Below are positions 20,907 through 25,916 of a stretch of DNA of 25,916 bases, one piece after another. The stretch is from an uncultured Clostridium sp. GTDB lineage: Bacteria; Bacillota; Clostridia; TANB77; CAG-508. The DNA lies in NCBI GenBank assembly GCA_900556345.1, contig USOM01000001.1:1-25916 (forward strand), given 5' to 3'. A program made the translations under genes and the position numbers. Below the pieces are notes generated by a model. That model did not search any database and had not been told where the DNA came from. It saw only the letters and a list, made by a program, of their open reading frames with translations. Each line of letters starts with the position of its first letter. Positions within the stretch are counted from its first letter, which is position 1.

Positions 20907-22596
20907 TTATGCAATATACATTATTATTTTTTGTATTCCTGCTACCACTAAAGGTAAAAACAATAGTACTATATAAACTCTCATAAAATGTCCAAATGTC
21001 AATGCATTTCTAGCATTATTTCCTTCTGTTGGTGTTCTTCCAAGCATAGAATATACAGCAGTAAATGGTGCTACTATTATTAAAATTCCAATTATTGCCA
21101 TTCTTGCAAACATAACTCCAAACCATAACAAATTAATAAGTTCAATAATCATATATAAAAGTGAATATCCTAATGATGCAAGTACATTAGAATTTAGAGT
21201 CATATATTTTAAATAACCTACGACATTTGTATTAAATGAGTATACATTCTCTACATTAACTCTTATTAAATATATCGAATTATTTCCATTTAAGAATATT
21301 TTTAATAATTTGTTATACAAATACATCATTATTATCATTGCAAAATACACACATCCGAATTATAAGTACTGCTTTAATAAAATTATCCATTATCTGTCTT
21401 GATTCAAAAGCTCCTTGTGGATTATCCCCTAATGCCGAACGTACAAATAAAATACTTCTCCAAATTAACATTGTTAAAAGTAATGCCGCTGCAATATACA
21501 TTGCAATATGACTTGCACTTGAAACAAATTGTCTTATACCTTTCCATAATTTATTTGAATTACTACTTTTTGTATTATAAAAATCTATATCAAAAAGTTT
21601 CACTTTGCCTATAGATGAACTATAAAAATCAATTGGCATAACAGGAATTTCTGTACTAGATGTATATATTGTTTCTTTTTTACCTTGTTTATTATCTGCT
21701 GTACTAGAAATATTTGCTTCTTTTATTATTTTATAATCCTTTTCTTCAGTTTTATTAGAAGTATCGGATTTTGCATCTTCTACTTGTATTTTTTTGTTTA
21801 AATTTTTATTTGCTTCAATATCTCCTTTTGAATATGTGATTTTTTTAGCATCTTTCCATTTCATATTAGTTCCTGCATAATTTAATGCCATTTGAATTCC
21901 ATCACCTATTCCGTGAAATATTCCAGCAAAAAATTCAATAATCATATCTTTTTTGTTTTGTGAATTTGTTTTTCCTGCACTCGATGAAAATACACCAGTA
22001 GTACTTACACTAACCTTTTGTTGATTAAACGTTTCACCTTGTTCATTATATGAATCACTACTTCCCATATATATATCTATAATTTGAGGATCATTTTCTC
22101 CAACTTTCATAGAAGCACCACAATAATCCAAAATAATTGCATTATATAATTCTGTATCTCCATTTTCCTTAAATTGAAATTGAAAAGTTTCAAATTCAGT
22201 CGAACTTTTGCTTTGAGTATCAGGTCCTGTATGTGAATAATGTATGTAATCTTTCCAACTTGCATCAGTATAATATTTAAAATATGCATATGAAGCAATT
22301 GCCGTAACAACATAATTTACACCATTATAATTAAATTCATACCATCCATATTTAGGATTTTGTGTAAAATCTGATACAGAAAAGCCACTACATGTCGCGG
22401 CTCCTCCAAAATATGTTAACTTAAAGCCTTGTTTTTTATCAATTTCGTCCATAGTAGGATTTGGTTCAGTATCATGTGGATACACTCCTGTTGGATAATC
22501 CGCAAACGAGACATTTACAAATAAATATTCAATTAAATTTATCATAATTATTGCCATAATTATAATCAGCTTGCTAAATTTCAAAAATTTTTTCAT
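20907..22596 (-). CDS. VirB6-like membrane protein paralog D (~562 aa) with a distinct N-terminal extracellular domain, +1 frameshift at CGG-A (21357-21354)
   Basis: ...CTT ATA ATT CGG ATG T; skipping one base gives VLII-GCVYFAM, matching LMLIGSVVIM / GILIGTILFM of the paralogs. Downstream IRVNVENVYSF and FARM...VAP motifs. Confidence 0.75.
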
Positions 22597-22627
22597 ATAT
22601 TTACTGCCCTCGTATAGATATCCTTTT

Positions 22628-24565
22628 CTAACTCTCTTTTGCCAACTTATTCAAGTTAGTCTCAACAAACTTAAATTCCTTTTGAGTAGGAGTAATTTGA
22701 AGAATAGCTGTTTCAGAGCCTACCTTCAAAAGTCCTTCACCCCTAGTACAAGTAACCAAAAATGATGCCTCTCCAGAACTTAATTTGAATACTTCTTGTA
22801 ATAATGCTATTTCAGATTTATCCTGTGCTAAAAATAATTTTGTATCTGATGATGTAAGTACTGCCTGAGCCTCTGGTTTTTCATAAAAATCTTGGAATCT
22901 TTGTGAAATAATAGCAAGTGATACATTTCTTTTTCTTGCACGTCTAGCCATTTTATTTAAGAAATCAACTGCTTCTGGGAACGGAAGTAACATCCAAGCC
23001 TCATCAACTATAACTCTTTTTTGTCTAGCCTTTTTTCTATCCTCACTATTTTTCTTAACAAACTTTTCCCATATCCAAGAAAGTAATATTTGTTGTGCAA
23101 GTGGTCTTGCAAATCTTTCCTCTAATTGTGAAATATCAATATTTATAAATGGTGCTCCATCCAATAATTCAAATGTAGATTGTCCATCAAAATATGCCAT
23201 TTGTCCACCAAATTCTCTTATGTATTGTTTCATAACTTTTAATAAGTAACTGTAATGGAATCTATAGTCTTCATTATCATTCTCTTGTGCCATATGTTCT
23301 AGTCTCTTATACCAAGAACCAATTGTAGGCATCAATTTTTTCTTTCTTCCAAAGCTTCCAACATTTCTTCCATTTTCATATAAACTCATTGGATCAGATG
23401 TAATTCCTAAAGCCGCATATTCTGCCGCAACAGATTCTGAAATTATTTGCTTTGTAAGCTCATTTACTTGTTCTGTTTTTGTACTACCTTTTGCCATTGT
23501 CATTAATGCTTGTGTTACGTCCTCTACCTTATTTTCTATATTTAAAACTTCTCTTTCTCTACCTGTTATAGCGTCTTTTGCTCTTTCAACTTCTATATCA
23601 AAAACATTTATAATAGTAGAAGAATTTGGACTTACTATAACATTTATTCCTCCTAGTGCTTCAGCAACTGCGTAATATTCACCTTCCGCATCTAGGGCCA
23701 AACTTTCAATTCCCATAAGAACTGATGATCTTGAAATTAAAGTTTTCATTGTAACTGATTTACCAGCACCAGACTTAGCAAATATAACCATATTATAATT
23801 TGTTAATGATGGATGGAAATTATCAAATAATATTGGTTCACCAGTTTGTTTATTTATTCCTAAAGGAACGCCAGTTGGATGTCCAACTTCTGATGTTAAA
23901 AATGGGAATACTGTACCCATTGATGGTCTATCAAAAATTTGCTTTTTTTGAACTGTATTTTCCATTAATGGTAAACATGTCTTAAATGCATCTTCCTGCA
24001 TTGCCCACGCACTTTTTATACTAACTAATGACTTTGACATTTCATTTGAAAGTAGTTTTGTAAGTCTCTCTAAATCTTGCATACTATATGCAAATAATGT
24101 TGATACAATTGTTGCCTCATATAATTTATTAAATCCTGCAGCAATCTGGTCTCTTAAAATTTCTGTTTCATATCTTTTCTGAGAAACATCACTTTCTCTA
24201 TTGATATTTCCTTTATCACTTGCCATTAATCTTTCTGTTTCTAGTTCTACAATAGTCTTATTCAAATCATTTTGAGAACTAGCCTCTGAAACTGGATAAA
24301 TATATATAGATGTATTTATATCTCCAAACATATACAAACTTCTAAATAACTCTGGGAAAGTACAAGATCTTGGAAGTCCTGAAACAAAGAAACTTCTTGC
24401 ATATCTTGTAACATTAGATACTATTTCCATATGATCAAGTTTAGATGCATCTATACCTGCTGGAGCTATTATTTCTTTTATAGTTTTTTTATGTAATACC
24501 TTATATTCATCTTCACGCTTTTCTTCTTGGTCTTCCTCTCTTACCTTTTTCTTGAACATTGCCAT
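22628..24565 (-). CDS. virB4: VirB4-family type IV secretion ATPase
   Basis: Walker A AKSGAGKS, LDAEGEY, Walker B VIVDEAW, RRARKRN and ISQ motifs; PLGIN...ILFD and NYNMVI upstream; SD AGGAGG. Confidence 0.9.
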   Translation of the reverse strand: MAMFKKKVREEDQEEKREDEYKVLHKKTIKEIIAPAGIDASKLDHMEIVSNVTRYARSFFVSGLPRSCTFPELFRSLYMFGDINTSIYIYPVSEASSQNDLNKTIVELETERLMASDKGNINRESDVSQKRYETEILRDQIAAGFNKLYEATIVSTLFAYSMQDLERLTKLLSNEMSKSLVSIKSAWAMQEDAFKTCLPLMENTVQKKQIFDRPSMGTVFPFLTSEVGHPTGVPLGINKQTGEPILFDNFHPSLTNYNMVIFAKSGAGKSVTMKTLISRSSVLMGIESLALDAEGEYYAVAEALGGINVIVSPNSSTIINVFDIEVERAKDAITGREREVLNIENKVEDVTQALMTMAKGSTKTEQVNELTKQIISESVAAEYAALGITSDPMSLYENGRNVGSFGRKKKLMPTIGSWYKRLEHMAQENDNEDYRFHYSYLLKVMKQYIREFGGQMAYFDGQSTFELLDGAPFINIDISQLEERFARPLAQQILLSWIWEKFVKKNSEDRKKARQKRVIVDEAWMLLPFPEAVDFLNKMARRARKRNVSLAIISQRFQDFYEKPEAQAVLTSSDTKLFLAQDKSEIALLQEVFKLSSGEASFLVTCTRGEGLLKVGSETAILQITPTQKEFKFVETNLNKLAKES

Positions 24566-25739
24566 TTTCTAAATCCTCCTTCTCAGTTTTAGCTTGTGTG
24601 TCTTTATCTTTTTCTATTTTTTCAATTGCACTCTCTGCAACATCTTCTCCAATATATCTCTTATGTTTTTGAATTATTTCCTTTGCCTTTTTTTGAACAA
24701 GTTTTTCTTGATTTTTTTCCATTTCCATAGCTTTTATTTCTTTATCTCTTCTTGCTTCTCCAATTTTTTGATTTGCTAATGATACTGATTCTTCTTCAAT
24801 CTTTTTATCTAATAATTTTAGTTTTTTCTCTATAGCATCTGGAGCTGTTGAATATAATTCGTCAAATCCTGCTTGTTTAATTTTTTCCATCCAGAATAAG
24901 TCTGACTCATCTCTGTTATAAGCTATATATAAAAGTTCTGTTAATTCTTCAGAATTTAAAACTTTTCCTGTTACTTGACAAGCAAATAATGAATTTATAA
25001 CAGCTCTTGCTCTTGTATACAATTCTGAGAAAGCCATATTTTTTACTTCAGATTTATCAAAATCTCCTGCTACTATTTCAGATTGATAACAAGGAATAAT
25101 TACATAATATCTTTTATTTAAAATACTTCTATTTAAACTTTGTCTTTCAATATCTCTAATTATATCCTCTGTATATTCTTTTAAGTTTTTTTGTTTTACA
25201 AGTTCATATTTTGCTTTTTCTATTTCTGTTATTGATGATGTTTTATCTTTTAAAAGTCTATCATATTCATCTTGTAAGCTTAGGTATTTTTTATCTATAT
25301 CTGATAATCTGCTCTTATATCCATCTATACTTCTTTCTAGGTTAATTGTTCTTGTTTGTATATATAATTGTACAGGATGTCTTAATGTATTTAAAAATGA
25401 TATAAATCCTTGTTCTACAGAAACCTTTTCCATTTCTGACATTAAATCGTAGTTTATACCTTGGCATTCAACAACCATTAAAAACTTTCCTCTTTTTTGG
25501 ATTATCATATTATCTTCAATTCTATCGAAATCCATAAAGTCAATTATTGACTCTGGTGTATAAATAACCTGTGATTTTTTTACATGACTTTTTTCATATT
25601 CTGCACTTGCTTTTTCTCTTTCAGCTCTTTTTTCTTTTGCTCGTATAGTAAACCATACAAAAATTAAAACTATAACTACAATTCCTATTACTCCTGCTAA
25701 TAATATTAATAGCTGTACCATATTATCATTACTCATCAT
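24513..25739 (-). CDS. single-TM VirB4-associated protein (resembles the N-terminal region of Gram-positive VirB4/TrsE proteins)
   Basis: GINYDLMSEME...FLNTLRHPVQLYIQTR...RYYVII...LNSEELTELLY pattern, located between the PrgI-like and virB4 genes. Confidence 0.6.
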   Translation of the reverse strand: MMSNDNMVQLLILLAGVIGIVVIVLIFVWFTIRAKEKRAEREKASAEYEKSHVKKSQVIYTPESIIDFMDFDRIEDNMIIQKRGKFLMVVECQGINYDLMSEMEKVSVEQGFISFLNTLRHPVQLYIQTRTINLERSIDGYKSRLSDIDKKYLSLQDEYDRLLKDKTSSITEIEKAKYELVKQKNLKEYTEDIIRDIERQSLNRSILNKRYYVIIPCYQSEIVAGDFDKSEVKNMAFSELYTRARAVINSLFACQVTGKVLNSEELTELLYIAYNRDESDLFWMEKIKQAGFDELYSTAPDAIEKKLKLLDKKIEEESVSLANQKIGEARRDKEIKAMEMEKNQEKLVQKKAKEIIQKHKRYIGEDVAESAIEKIEKDKDTQAKTEKEDLENGNVQEKGKRGRPRRKA

Positions 25740-25916
25740 TCTTCTCCTCCGTAAAAAAAGTATATATTTTGTTTTTTTGCATTTTAAACTTTATATATCT
25801 TATTATTATTTGATCTATGTATTCTCCTCCAGCTTTTCTTGTAAGCTCAAAATTATTTGAATCTGGGATTTTGAATGATGTTATAGCAAAACCTATTAAT
25901 CCAAATATTCCTGCAC
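25729..25916 (-). CDS. PrgI/VirB3-like small membrane protein (5' truncated by window edge)
   Basis: Hand translation ...AGIFGLIGFAITSFKIPDSNNFELTRKAGGEYIDQIIIRYIKFKMQKNKIYTFFTEEKNDE*, overlapping the next start. TM followed by a basic tail, positioned upstream of virB4. Confidence 0.55.
   Translation of the reverse strand, partial: AGIFGLIGFAITSFKIPDSNNFELTRKAGGEYIDQIIIRYIKFKMQKNKIYTFFTEEKNDE

Noticed and set aside
16540..21360. CGG reassigned to another amino acid (Trp/Gln)
   Set aside because: Reassignment cannot change frame; frame 0 reaches a stop 4-14 codons later at every site.
16540..21360. Phase variation or transcriptional slippage at homopolymer tracts
   Set aside because: There is no long run at the junctions, and A/T runs of 8 or more elsewhere in the window sit in intact frames.
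15163..22596. Eight independent genes, or four ordinary pseudogenes
   Set aside because: The halves join into full paralogs, the downstream halves lack good SDs, and each gene has exactly one lesion, always +1 and always at CGG-A. Not fully excluded without reads.
471..24779. Short antisense or alternate-frame ORFs inside long genes (e.g. 2422..2751, 9130..9585, 15281..15703)
   Set aside because: Shadow ORFs of real genes, with no motifs or translation signals.
1..25916. CRISPR array, tRNA/rRNA, integrase or IS element
   Set aside because: No regularly spaced repeats, RNA gene signatures or recombinase motifs were seen.

Overview
Very AT-rich Firmicute (Clostridia-like) chromosomal segment. 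On the left (+ strand) are the 3' part of a VanW-family gene, a probable par/Fst-style type I toxin-antitoxin locus in the 800-1140 intergenic region, a 2-hydroxyacyl-CoA dehydratase activase-type gene and a membrane-anchored J-domain gene. The right ~19.4 kb (- strand) is a type IV secretion-like operon: PrgI-like, VirB4-associated and VirB4 ATPase genes, five VirB6-like membrane paralogs (some with inserted cell-wall enzyme domains), M15 and NlpC/P60 peptidases and possible VirB8-like proteins. No relaxase, coupling protein or integrase is in view. The main observation is that four consecutive VirB6-like genes are each split by a +1 frameshift, and each break coincides with an in-frame CGG followed by A. 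Skipping one base so that GGA (Gly) is read restores full-length proteins that align with their paralogs. By eye I found no in-frame CGG in any long uninterrupted gene. This suggests a lineage-level recoding rule (+1 shift or four-base decoding at CGG-A) rather than four dead genes.
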